Positions 47,641-55,696 of a stretch of 64,000 nt of DNA are shown here, piece after piece. Under the pieces are notes generated by a model. The model was not told the DNA's origin and did not search any database. It was given only the letters and a program-made list of their open reading frames with translations. The position numbers and the translations under genes were made by a program. The stretch comes from an uncultured Mollicutes bacterium (GTDB taxonomy: Bacteria; Bacillota_I; Bacilli_A; RF39; UBA660): assembly GCA_947652375.1 (NCBI GenBank), contig CANTCS010000001.1, positions 68,257 to 132,256 of the forward strand. Reading direction: 5' to 3'. Every line of letters begins with the position of its first letter. Within the stretch, counting starts at the first letter, position 1.

Positions 47641-47753
47641 TTATTCCTCTTTATAATTTCTCTACAATACCATATTAGCACATTTTTTTAGGACAGTCAA
47701 CGGACAAAGTAAATTTTTTGAACAATTTGTAATTTTTGAACAATCAAATCATC

Positions 47754-48527
47754 TTATTTGCAAATATTTTCATTCATTTCAATTTCCTTATCTACATAAA
47801 TTTTTTTTGAAGTCTTACAGTAAAGCACATCAAAGTCGTTTCCATGATATAAAACATCATTATTATAACTATATATATTAAATTTCCCTTTTTCTGCCTG
47901 ATATTCTAAAAACTGCAAAAAATCAGAAATTTCTAACCAACCATATGATAAAATCTGATCAAAATATATCATTTTTCCCATACCATTTTCTATTGCTAAA
48001 TTTCCGAAGCAATTATAGTTAATAGTATAATCTTTAATGCTAAAAACATCTGGAATATAACAATAGCCAGTATCATTAATAGGAAATATTTTATATTTTA
48101 ACTTTTTATAATCATCAATTTTTCCACAAAAATTATTATCAACTTTTCCAACCCTATAATTGATTATAATTTTATTATAAAAACCTTCTCTTTCGAAGTT
48201 ATAAGACAATATTGAATAATTGTTTTTCTCATTATAATAAATAGCGTCAGATGAGGTACAATTATATCTTTCGTATTCTTCAAAAATTTTTTTTAATTCC
48301 TTCTGAATAATATATTTACTTCTAAATGTCTTCAATACAATGTAATTCTTTTCCTTTTCTACCACCTTAGAAAAAATCGGAATGTTTATTTCAATGGAAT
48401 CTGAAATATATACTTTACTACCAAATGGATAGAATTTTAAAATCAAGAAAAATAAACATACTAAAAACAATAGCAGTATAAAAATTTTAATAGTAATTTT
48501 TTTCATTATTTGTTCTCTCTTTTCCAA
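47754..48527 (-). CDS. Membrane-anchored Cys-containing extracytoplasmic protein, unknown family
   Basis: N-terminal TM (IFILLLFLVCLFFLIL), then a domain of about 220 aa. No family recognised. Confidence 0.4.
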   Translation of the reverse strand: MEKREQIMKKITIKIFILLLFLVCLFFLILKFYPFGSKVYISDSIEINIPIFSKVVEKEKNYIVLKTFRSKYIIQKELKKIFEEYERYNCTSSDAIYYNEKNNYSILSYNFEREGFYNKIIINYRVGKVDNNFCGKIDDYKKLKYKIFPINDTGYCYIPDVFSIKDYTINYNCFGNLAIENGMGKMIYFDQILSYGWLEISDFLQFLEYQAEKGKFNIYSYNNDVLYHGNDFDVLYCKTSKKIYVDKEIEMNENICK

Positions 48528-48635
48528 TTTATTAATTGTTTAAATTTAATTTTAAGATTATCATTATATTATATTATACTATTTCACAAAAAAATTGCAA
48601 GATTGATTACATAGTGATAATCTTGCAATTTAAAA

Positions 48636-49484
48636 TTATTTATTTAATATATCATTGTTTATGCTATCCAATAAACTTCTTAAATCAGAGTTATTAGTTA
48701 AAACAGAATCAGATTCTGTCAAATCTTCAGAAGATGTACTTTGCTTTTCTATTATCTCATTTTCTAACTGTTCTAATAATGATGATTCTTGTTGACTTTG
48801 AACAGAATAACTATTAAATGAAGCAACTTCTGTTTTATTTTCAGGAATAAATTCTATTTCAATATTATTTATATATCCATAGTCAATAATATACATAACT
48901 TGCCATTCACCAGGTTTATTAACATCAGAAGACTTTTGCGTTTTATATTCTAAAGATGGTGCTTTAATATACTCGCCTGGATTACTTTTCATTTGCGAAT
49001 TTATTGTTCTGTTAAATAAATCAACTAAATAACTTTTACTTATTTTTGTAACATTTAATGTATCTAGATCCTTCAATGTAATTTCTCTTACAAATTTTTT
49101 GTTATTGAAAAAATTGTTAATTTCCTTTATTTCATCTCTGTATTTTTCTGAAGTAGATAATGTTGCATACTTCGACGGTATTCTTTCAATTTCTTCGCCT
49201 GTTTCCATATTCTTATAGGATATATAATATTCTGTACCTTCTGGCTTATGTTTTAAATTATAACCATCAAAGATATAATTAATAGTTTGGTTCTCATCTG
49301 CATAAATTATCTCAAAGCCATATACCCATCCATCTTCTAGTTCATCAAAAACACTGCGTTCTGTATATCCTAATTCACTGTCTACTATAAGTTTTTTATT
49401 ATTTGATTGAGCATGAACAGTAAGTATACCTATTAGTAAAACAACCATACATATACAAGCTGCTACAATTCCACTTTTTTTCAT
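48636..49484 (-). CDS. Secreted protein, unknown family
   Basis: Signal peptide MKKSGIVAACICMVVLLIGILTVHA. 282 aa with an S/E/L-rich tail. Confidence 0.4.
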   Translation of the reverse strand: MKKSGIVAACICMVVLLIGILTVHAQSNNKKLIVDSELGYTERSVFDELEDGWVYGFEIIYADENQTINYIFDGYNLKHKPEGTEYYISYKNMETGEEIERIPSKYATLSTSEKYRDEIKEINNFFNNKKFVREITLKDLDTLNVTKISKSYLVDLFNRTINSQMKSNPGEYIKAPSLEYKTQKSSDVNKPGEWQVMYIIDYGYINNIEIEFIPENKTEVASFNSYSVQSQQESSLLEQLENEIIEKQSTSSEDLTESDSVLTNNSDLRSLLDSINNDILNK

Positions 49485-49523
49485 TCTTTCACCTCCATTT
49501 TTATAAAATTACATATTGTATTA

Positions 49524-50024
49524 TTAATTCATACAAATTCCATAATAGAATAATCCCTGTGGAATAGGAGTACCACCTGTTATTCCAGAAATTGAGAAAT
49601 TCATATATAATTCACAAGTTTGATCTCCTTCACTATCAATATTCCCAGGAGTAATTGTTTTATTAAGCTGAAAATCTGTTAGTACCCTTCCAGTAAAAAA
49701 TCCAATGTAATATTTAACTCTTTCATCTGGTTCATATGCTGGAGGATCATCTTCCATCAAATACCCATGTATAATTGTTCCAGAACTTGGCGTATACCAA
49801 TTTGGTAAACTCCCAAAGTTGGAAAAATAAACGGCAGTGTTGATTCCTTTACAGGCACTTGCTGTTGTTTTTAAGCTTACAATATGCCCTCTATTCTCTG
49901 CATAACCTTGTGGTATTTGAGGAGCTTGTAATCCCCATTCGCAATCTCTTGCATAAACATTAAAATTTCCTACAAAAAATAGTCCAACTAGAAAAATACC
50001 AAACATTATAATCTTTTTTCTCAT
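49524..50024 (-). CDS. Small Sec-exported four-cysteine protein, paralog L
   Basis: Signal peptide ending VYA|RDCEW. Cys at 28, 58, 137 and 164 of 166. Shares ARxCE(W/Y)G, T(T/S)AS(A/S)C, GDQTCELYM and a terminal ICM(N/D) with 60229..60714. Confidence 0.5.
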   Translation of the reverse strand: MRKKIIMFGIFLVGLFFVGNFNVYARDCEWGLQAPQIPQGYAENRGHIVSLKTTASACKGINTAVYFSNFGSLPNWYTPSSGTIIHGYLMEDDPPAYEPDERVKYYIGFFTGRVLTDFQLNKTITPGNIDSEGDQTCELYMNFSISGITGGTPIPQGLFYYGICMN

Positions 50025-50109
50025 ATCATCACCTCCTTCTTAATATATTCTATCAATGCTATAAGCAATTAATAGTCTTTAATAAATTTCAGATGCAACA
50101 ATATTATTA

Positions 50110-50170
50110 TACAAAAAAGCAGTAGCTTCCAATCACAACAATAACTCGCTGCAACGATGAAAGATACTGC
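50110..50170 (-). terminator. Possible terminator after 50244..50915
   Basis: Minus strand: GCAGTA ... TACTGC (6-bp outer stem, long GC-enriched loop) followed by TTTTTT. The geometry is atypical. Confidence 0.3.
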
Positions 50171-50243
50171 ATATTCATCACTAATTTCTTATCTTTATAA
50201 TATCATATATTCTGATAAAAGAAAATAGCAAATAGACAAATTA

Positions 50244-50915
50244 TTACTTTTTTTTACACTTTTTTATTATTAATTCTTTTAATGTAAGAAATATCAAACA
50301 AATTAAATTAAAACAAACTATCACAATGGCTATCTTTATAAAATTATATTTTAATTGTTCTTTTATTAATAAGTGAGTTTTTGCATTTATTTTTAAAAAA
50401 TAATTTTCAAATTCATTATCACTGGTGTACATATTGGATATTTTATATGGTAATTCTGTCCTAAAATTTAATCTAACTTTATTATTAGATTCAAAAAATA
50501 AAATACACACTGTTTTTTCATTGCTATATATAATTATTCTTTGATTTTCTAATATTAGATTAGATTGAATTTCTACCCCATTTTCCTTTAAAAATAGAAC
50601 TATATTTTCTATAGAATCATATTTAGCAAATACTGATACTTCTCCAATGACTCGCTTACGAAAGTCATTTTTATTTATTTGAATAATAGCATCATCACAA
50701 AAAGACAAATAATTATTATTTACAATTAAAGAATCCAAAAAGATAGAATCCAAATCAGATACTTTTATTTTTTCATTATATTGATAAATTCTAATTTCTC
50801 CACTTTTATAGTTGTATTCTTTTTTTAACAAAAATATCCGACAAAAATATAATGTAAGAAAAATAATTATACTCAATATGATAACAACAATATATTTTTT
50901 TGAAAAGTTTGACAT
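50244..50915 (-). CDS. Double-TM envelope protein immediately downstream of effector A (candidate immunity protein)
   Basis: N-terminal TM (IVVIILSIIIFLTLYF) and C-terminal TM (IAIVIVCFNLICLIFLTL) flank a domain of about 150 aa. It starts 78 nt after the stop of A. Confidence 0.4.
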   Translation of the reverse strand: MSNFSKKYIVVIILSIIIFLTLYFCRIFLLKKEYNYKSGEIRIYQYNEKIKVSDLDSIFLDSLIVNNNYLSFCDDAIIQINKNDFRKRVIGEVSVFAKYDSIENIVLFLKENGVEIQSNLILENQRIIIYSNEKTVCILFFESNNKVRLNFRTELPYKISNMYTSDNEFENYFLKINAKTHLLIKEQLKYNFIKIAIVIVCFNLICLIFLTLKELIIKKCKKK

Positions 50916-50993
50916 AATTGCTCACCATTAATATTATACTATAAAAAATAGTTAATTGACTAATTTAATCAATTAACTATCCTTAGTTATATT

Positions 50994-53426
50994 TTATCTT
51001 CCTTCTGTATATTCCTTAAATATAAATGATTTAAATGCATCTATTGCTGCATCAATATATTTTTGTTCAGCACTACTCAATGTTCCCTTTAACTGTTTTA
51101 TAGGCGTTTCATCAGAGTTTATCAACTCACAAAGCTCAATAAAGCGTGATGTTGACATATAATTTAAAAATCTGCTTGCTCTTTTCTCATACTCATATTT
51201 ATGAGTTTCTAAAGATGGTAAAACATAATAAAAGTAAAATGCTTCTGGTAGAGTATGCCCTTTAAATTTAATCATATGGTATAAATTATATGCATCAATA
51301 TCATCTATATAATCTGGAAGATTAAAATGTGCTTGATTTGGAGTACAAATATTATCTTTTGCCCATTTAACATAATCAGTAGTTAATCCATCTTTATCTG
51401 CTTTTTGAATTGAATCTGCATACGAAATTGTATCTCCAGCCCAGCCAGAATAACAATCAACTAATTCGTCAAAACCTCTTAAATCATCATTTCCAATTTG
51501 GTATAGTAACGAATTTAGAGTAGCTGCTAAATGTGGTAAATCATGTGATGTAGTAGGATTTACAGATGAATCTACAAATCCAAAATCCAAATTATATAAT
51601 TTGCTATCTACTAAATTACAATATCCTTTGTCTATAGTACCAGCTACAACATCCCATTTAATATTACCTATTACACCCCCTTCACTTTGACTTCCATTTC
51701 CAGCAAAAATAGATGTATCTCCATAGCGTCCCTTTCTAAGATATTGTAGAACTAATAAATTACTTTTTTCTTCATTGTTATTAGTATAATCTAATGCTAA
51801 ATTATACATATCAACTAAATTATAATATACCTTTCCATAATCTTTTAGATATAGATCCCCTATTAATCCAAGATCCCTACCAGACATCGCATCTTTATCT
51901 ATTTCAATCCTACCCTCTCCAGAGCCGATAGTAACAGTTGCAAATTGATCAAATGCCCAATTATCTGGTATAGGGAATCCTAGATTTCCACTAAATCCTG
52001 TTGACATATCACTAACAAAACTATATTTTGCTAAGCCTTTATTACTAACTCTCGTACAAACATTTCTTGTTCCATATATACTAACAGGGTATTTATTATT
52101 ATACTTACTTTTCATTATATTGTTTATTGTTGTAAAATATGGAATAATATTAGAAGTTATTTCTGTATCTAAAGGATCACAATCGACTGCAAAATAAATA
52201 CTAGTATCACTAGGCATGCCAAGTGCATTTGCGTGTTCAAAAGCACTGTCTACATCTTTTATTGCGTTTTCAGTTGTAAAATATGAAACTTTGTTTGCAC
52301 TTGATTGATGAATTGGAAAAATATATAATCCAGCATCAGCAGCAATTTGTAATTCTTCTCTTGTTAATGCTTTACTTGCTCCACTTGCAATATATCCAGA
52401 TAAGTATCTTCCAACTCTAAGATAACCATTATCATATAAAGTTTTTGCTTTTGCTTGTGTTAAAATAGTAGCACAATCACATGCACTAGCACTTCTATCC
52501 GTGTCTCCACAACTAATTAATAGAGATAACCATGTTGTATAATCTATTTTCCCATTTGCTGAAATAGAGTATTTAGTTTGAAAACTCATTATAGTATTTT
52601 CGTCTAAATTAGATGTTAATTCTCCTGAACCAAATCCATTAAAATACAAAGCTATATTTGCTAAAGTTTTAAATTTATTTAAACTAGCAGTTGAATATGA
52701 TTGTCCATTATATCCAGTACCCGATGATGTTCCGTTTGCTGATAATATTGGTAGACAACGCTTTGTAGATGGTCCACAGTTTCCATTAGCTACTGAAGTA
52801 GGCATACACTCTTCTGCCTGAATTGCATATATCAATGCTTGACTTGTTCTACGAGCATATACTCCATCACATGGTCTAATTCCAATATAGGCTTCATAAT
52901 TTCTATTTAGATATCTTTGCATTTTAATAATATTTTGAGTCTTTTCTGATTGATCATATGAATAGAAGTAATCCATTGATAATAATGCTTTCATAACATT
53001 TAAAGTTACTGTTGAACTTGTATCTGTTAACCCTGCATCTTCCTTTAAATTTTTTATTGCCCCACCTGTTCCTCCGTAAAAATTACATGTAGGCGTGTTA
53101 GCACCTATTGCATATCCTTTGCATAGTAGTGCTCCTTGTATGATTCCATAAATGTTCTTCTTTGTTTTATCATCTGATGATTGTTGTTGTACACCATTAG
53201 GATATTGAGTTTTGAATGCATTTTGTGTACCATTTCCAAAATTATCAGCTGTAGATTGAATTCCTAATTCAATTTGTAATGCTCTTGTTAAAGCATAAAT
53301 GGTAGCCCATCCAGTTTTACCATTTTCTGTAACAGTATTAAATCTACTGTCATTTCCATAAGTATCATTTAACCATTTTTGTGTATAAAATACATATGGA
53401 TCTCCTACTACTTCGTTATTTGCCAT
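50994..53426 (-). CDS. Leaderless cell-wall effector A: three PG-binding-like repeats, a DUF1906/Rv2525c-like glycoside-hydrolase-like domain and a unique C-terminal region of about 295 aa
   Basis: No signal peptide or TM. PG_binding-like units (ADNFGNGTQNAF, FYGGTGGAIKNL, DGVYARRTSQAL). GH25-like TIM-barrel region (GYLRVGRYLSG...IYFAVDCD...IYGTRNVC...DNWAFDQF). The N-terminal 515 aa or so are paralogous to B. Confidence 0.6.
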   Translation of the reverse strand: MANNEVVGDPYVFYTQKWLNDTYGNDSRFNTVTENGKTGWATIYALTRALQIELGIQSTADNFGNGTQNAFKTQYPNGVQQQSSDDKTKKNIYGIIQGALLCKGYAIGANTPTCNFYGGTGGAIKNLKEDAGLTDTSSTVTLNVMKALLSMDYFYSYDQSEKTQNIIKMQRYLNRNYEAYIGIRPCDGVYARRTSQALIYAIQAEECMPTSVANGNCGPSTKRCLPILSANGTSSGTGYNGQSYSTASLNKFKTLANIALYFNGFGSGELTSNLDENTIMSFQTKYSISANGKIDYTTWLSLLISCGDTDRSASACDCATILTQAKAKTLYDNGYLRVGRYLSGYIASGASKALTREELQIAADAGLYIFPIHQSSANKVSYFTTENAIKDVDSAFEHANALGMPSDTSIYFAVDCDPLDTEITSNIIPYFTTINNIMKSKYNNKYPVSIYGTRNVCTRVSNKGLAKYSFVSDMSTGFSGNLGFPIPDNWAFDQFATVTIGSGEGRIEIDKDAMSGRDLGLIGDLYLKDYGKVYYNLVDMYNLALDYTNNNEEKSNLLVLQYLRKGRYGDTSIFAGNGSQSEGGVIGNIKWDVVAGTIDKGYCNLVDSKLYNLDFGFVDSSVNPTTSHDLPHLAATLNSLLYQIGNDDLRGFDELVDCYSGWAGDTISYADSIQKADKDGLTTDYVKWAKDNICTPNQAHFNLPDYIDDIDAYNLYHMIKFKGHTLPEAFYFYYVLPSLETHKYEYEKRASRFLNYMSTSRFIELCELINSDETPIKQLKGTLSSAEQKYIDAAIDAFKSFIFKEYTEGR

Positions 53427-53525
53427 TTTTTCATCTCCTTAAATATTAAATTTTTTACTGCAAATTTTTAGTACATCTAAGCTCTCCAAATTTTTAATTA
53501 CATTTCTAAAAGATTTAATACTAAT

Positions 53526-53861
53526 TTATTCCTCAGTATGATTTGCAAATGATTCTCTAATTTTTTTCAAAACTTCATAATAATTGATTTCGTTAATTCT
53601 TTTTACATTATATAGTAATAACTCTGTTATAATATCTGCTGCCTCATTTAAATATAATCTTATATCAATCTCTACATCATTCTCATTTAATTCATGTGGT
53701 ATACTATATTTTAATAACTTCTCTTTAGTATTACTTGCTAATTCTCTAGCTGTTGCATCATCATTTTCATCTATATTTTTTGTTAAAATACCTATAAGAG
53801 TGTTATATTCTTTCTTTGTAAGAATTAACTTAATTGGTGGTACTCTTTTCACATATGCCAT
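53526..53861 (-). CDS. Hypothetical protein (111 aa)
   Basis: ORF between the sigma-like gene and effector A. No family recognised. Confidence 0.35.
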   Translation of the reverse strand: MAYVKRVPPIKLILTKKEYNTLIGILTKNIDENDDATARELASNTKEKLLKYSIPHELNENDVEIDIRLYLNEAADIITELLLYNVKRINEINYYEVLKKIRESFANHTEE

Positions 53862-53879
53862 TTTTTCATCTCCGTTCTT

Positions 53880-54065
53880 TTACTTTCTTAACCTATTTAC
53901 AACCACTTTAACATTCTCTTTTTTTAAACAATCTAAATTCAAATTATTTAAATCTACTTTATTGATAAAATCGATAATCATTTGTCTTGCTCTTTTTTTG
54001 TTTTTTGCATTTACTTCAAAAGAAAGTGATTTTAGCTGATTTATTTCTACTGTGAATTTTTTCAT
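53880..54065 (-). CDS. Small basic hypothetical protein (61 aa)
   Basis: ORF with no family recognised. Confidence 0.3.
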   Translation of the reverse strand: MKKFTVEINQLKSLSFEVNAKNKKRARQMIIDFINKVDLNNLNLDCLKKENVKVVVNRLRK

Positions 54066-54125
54066 TATAATTTTGACTATTAAACACTAAATCTTTTAAA
54101 ATTAGCTTATAAAATTTTTGGATAG

Positions 54126-54157
54126 CAAGTGAAAGAGCATTATATCCCTTTCACTTG
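54126..54157. other. 10-bp-stem hairpin between the sigma-like gene and the downstream small genes
   Basis: CAAGTGAAAG-(12 nt)-CTTTCACTTG. There is no clean T-run on the minus strand, so it is possibly a partial attenuator or RNA-processing site. Confidence 0.3.
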
Positions 54158-54186
54158 TTTCCTAACTTAAATATGTTTTGTGTAGT

Positions 54187-54663
54187 CTAATTTTTAAATT
54201 TTTTTGATAATTTTTGAATTGCAATATCTATACTAAACTTTACTGCTCTTTTTGTGCATCCTTCTTCTATTGCTATTTTTTCATATGTTTTGTGTTCTAT
54301 ATAATACTTTTTTAATCTATTTTTTTGTATAGTTGGCAATTCTTCTATAAAACTATTCAATAGTTCTATCATTAATTTAGTTTCAATAATGTCTTCTATT
54401 GATATATCTTTATTAAAAGATCTTTTGTATAAAGTTTCTTCATAAAGTTCTGAGTGCTCAATATGATTATCATATTCATTCATTTCAGATAAATCTTCTA
54501 ACTCAAACTTATTGAACTCTTTATATAACAATTCATTTATTTCAATCACTCGAGTAATGTTATTCACATCTTTAAATGAGAGAGTATAAGTCTTTTTTAC
54601 TTCATCAAATCCAAGTGTATAAGGATTATCCTTGCTTTTTCTTCTTTTTGGGAACACACCCAT
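54187..54663 (-). CDS. Sigma-70 region-4-like HTH regulator (no recognisable region 2)
   Basis: C-terminal LPTIQKNRLKKYYIEHKTYEKIAIEEGCTKRAVKFSIDIAIQKLSKKF is a region-4/LuxR-like HTH. The N-terminal half resembles the small sigma-like proteins of Gram-positive conjugative transposons. Confidence 0.55.
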   Translation of the reverse strand: MGVFPKRRKSKDNPYTLGFDEVKKTYTLSFKDVNNITRVIEINELLYKEFNKFELEDLSEMNEYDNHIEHSELYEETLYKRSFNKDISIEDIIETKLMIELLNSFIEELPTIQKNRLKKYYIEHKTYEKIAIEEGCTKRAVKFSIDIAIQKLSKKFKN

Positions 54664-54676
54664 AATTTTTTCCTCC

Positions 54677-54704
54677 TATCAATTTCATTTTTTTAAAATT
54701 GATA
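54677..54704. promoter_or_regulatory. Inverted repeat TATCAATTT-N10-AAATTGATA abutting the SD of the sigma-like gene (candidate operator or 5'-UTR hairpin)
   Basis: Perfect 9-bp arms at 54677..54685 and 54696..54704. GGAGGA (54676..54671 on the minus strand) follows directly. Confidence 0.35.
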
Positions 54705-54751
54705 GAAATAGGGGGACCTCTTATCCTAAGAAAAAGTATTTCTATAAATTG

Positions 54752-54802
54752 AAAAAGACTATATTTCTTATAAGCTTTTAGAGCAAAGAATATAGTCTTT
54801 TT
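54752..54802. terminator. Bidirectional intrinsic terminator downstream of the holin
   Basis: AAAAAGACTATAT (54752..54764) pairs with ATATAGTCTTTTT (54790..54802). The A-run and T-run allow termination on either strand. Confidence 0.5.
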
Positions 54803-55124
54803 ATGATTTAATATACTATCTTTTCTTACTAAAAAATATGTATAATACTTTTCTGGTTCCATAATAATCGCTCCATAAAAGCAATTCATATAAAGCAAAA
54901 ATAAATACTACACAATTTTTTTGCATATATAAAACTAGTATCTATAGTAAGAATAGAAAGTGTATTATACTACTTTTTACTTCTTACTACTTAACTAGTT
55001 TCTTTTTATTATTTCACCATCACATTTCTTAATATAAATACTTGGCATTTTTGCCTTGCTATCATAAATATTATACAATAAAATTCGACTTTTTTAAACA
55101 CTGCTAAAGTTTAACAATAATTAT

Positions 55125-55562
55125 TTATGATTTATGATTTGATTCTTCTCCTTTTATGGTTTCTATGTCATTTTCATCTTGATCTTTATTTAATTTTTCA
55201 AGCGATTTATATAAAATATTAGGAACTTTGATTCCCATAGCACTACTATTTTCTAAAATTGATAACATCTCATTAAAAATAAATGAATATATAATTAATG
55301 CTCTTAAGCCTCCATTTACTTCCAATAAATTATCTAATATTACTGCCACTGCAACAACACATAAGTATACTGCTTTTTTTATAATTCCTTTACCTCCTAT
55401 ACTGCTATTAACTTTTTTCGTAATAAAGGCTCTACTTACACCTGTTATATAATCTATAAACATTAAAGACAATAAAGTTTTTAACATAAAATCAAAACTT
55501 CCAAATAAAAAAATCAAAAAAGATAACAAAAAACTAATTATATTATCAAAAATTTGTTTCAT
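55125..55562 (-). CDS. Holin of the TcdE / LL-H (phage_holin_4_1-type) family
   Basis: 145 aa with three TMs, the DYITGVSRAF...NSSIGGKGIIKK motif shared with TcdE-type holins, and a charged C-terminal tail. Confidence 0.75.
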   Translation of the reverse strand: MKQIFDNIISFLLSFLIFLFGSFDFMLKTLLSLMFIDYITGVSRAFITKKVNSSIGGKGIIKKAVYLCVVAVAVILDNLLEVNGGLRALIIYSFIFNEMLSILENSSAMGIKVPNILYKSLEKLNKDQDENDIETIKGEESNHKS

Positions 55563-55611
55563 TTTTCTTCACCTCTCTTTATAAAATTGACTTAAAATAT
55601 CTACTCATAAA

Positions 55612-55663
55612 CAAATATAAAAAGGGTGTTAATCAATATAAAAATTATATATTAATTAACACC
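55612..55663 (-). terminator. Intrinsic terminator between the endolysin and the holin
   Basis: 16-bp stem with one mismatch (GGTGTTAATCAATATA / TATATTAATTAACACC, 55625..55663) followed on the minus strand by CTTTTTATATTT. Confidence 0.55.
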
Positions 55664-55696
55664 GAATAAATTACCGTAATTATAAATTATTTTTTA

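Noticed and set aside
47641-47753. attR of the ICE, including the tandem TTTTTGAACAAT repeats at 47715..47726 and 47733..47744
   Set aside because: There is no match longer than about 9 nt (ACACAAAAT) to the integrase-proximal end at 9150..9540. The repeats could equally be an operator for the adhesin promoter. The boundary is left open.
53584-54039. 151-aa plus-strand ORF and similar antisense ORFs (for example 4320..4559, 5133..5327, 5874..6131, 12272..12601, 12743..12976, 28499..28798, 31219..31527, 34789..35064, 43534..43749, 55228..55452)
   Set aside because: All lie fully inside better-supported minus-strand genes with recognisable domains. Long antisense ORFs are expected in AT-rich, K/E/N-rich coding DNA.
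54187-54663. Calling the 158-aa regulator a TcdR/UviA-type group-5 sigma factor
   Set aside because: Only a region-4-like HTH is visible and no region-2 (-10 recognition) segment. The N-terminal half resembles the small sigma-like proteins of conjugative transposons. I kept the TcdR analogy as functional speculation only.
54626-54898. 90-aa minus-strand ORF in the holin/sigma intergenic region
   Set aside because: It reads straight through a strong bidirectional terminator hairpin and overlaps the sigma-like gene start and its SD. It has no SD of its own, and its product looks like translated AT-rich spacer.
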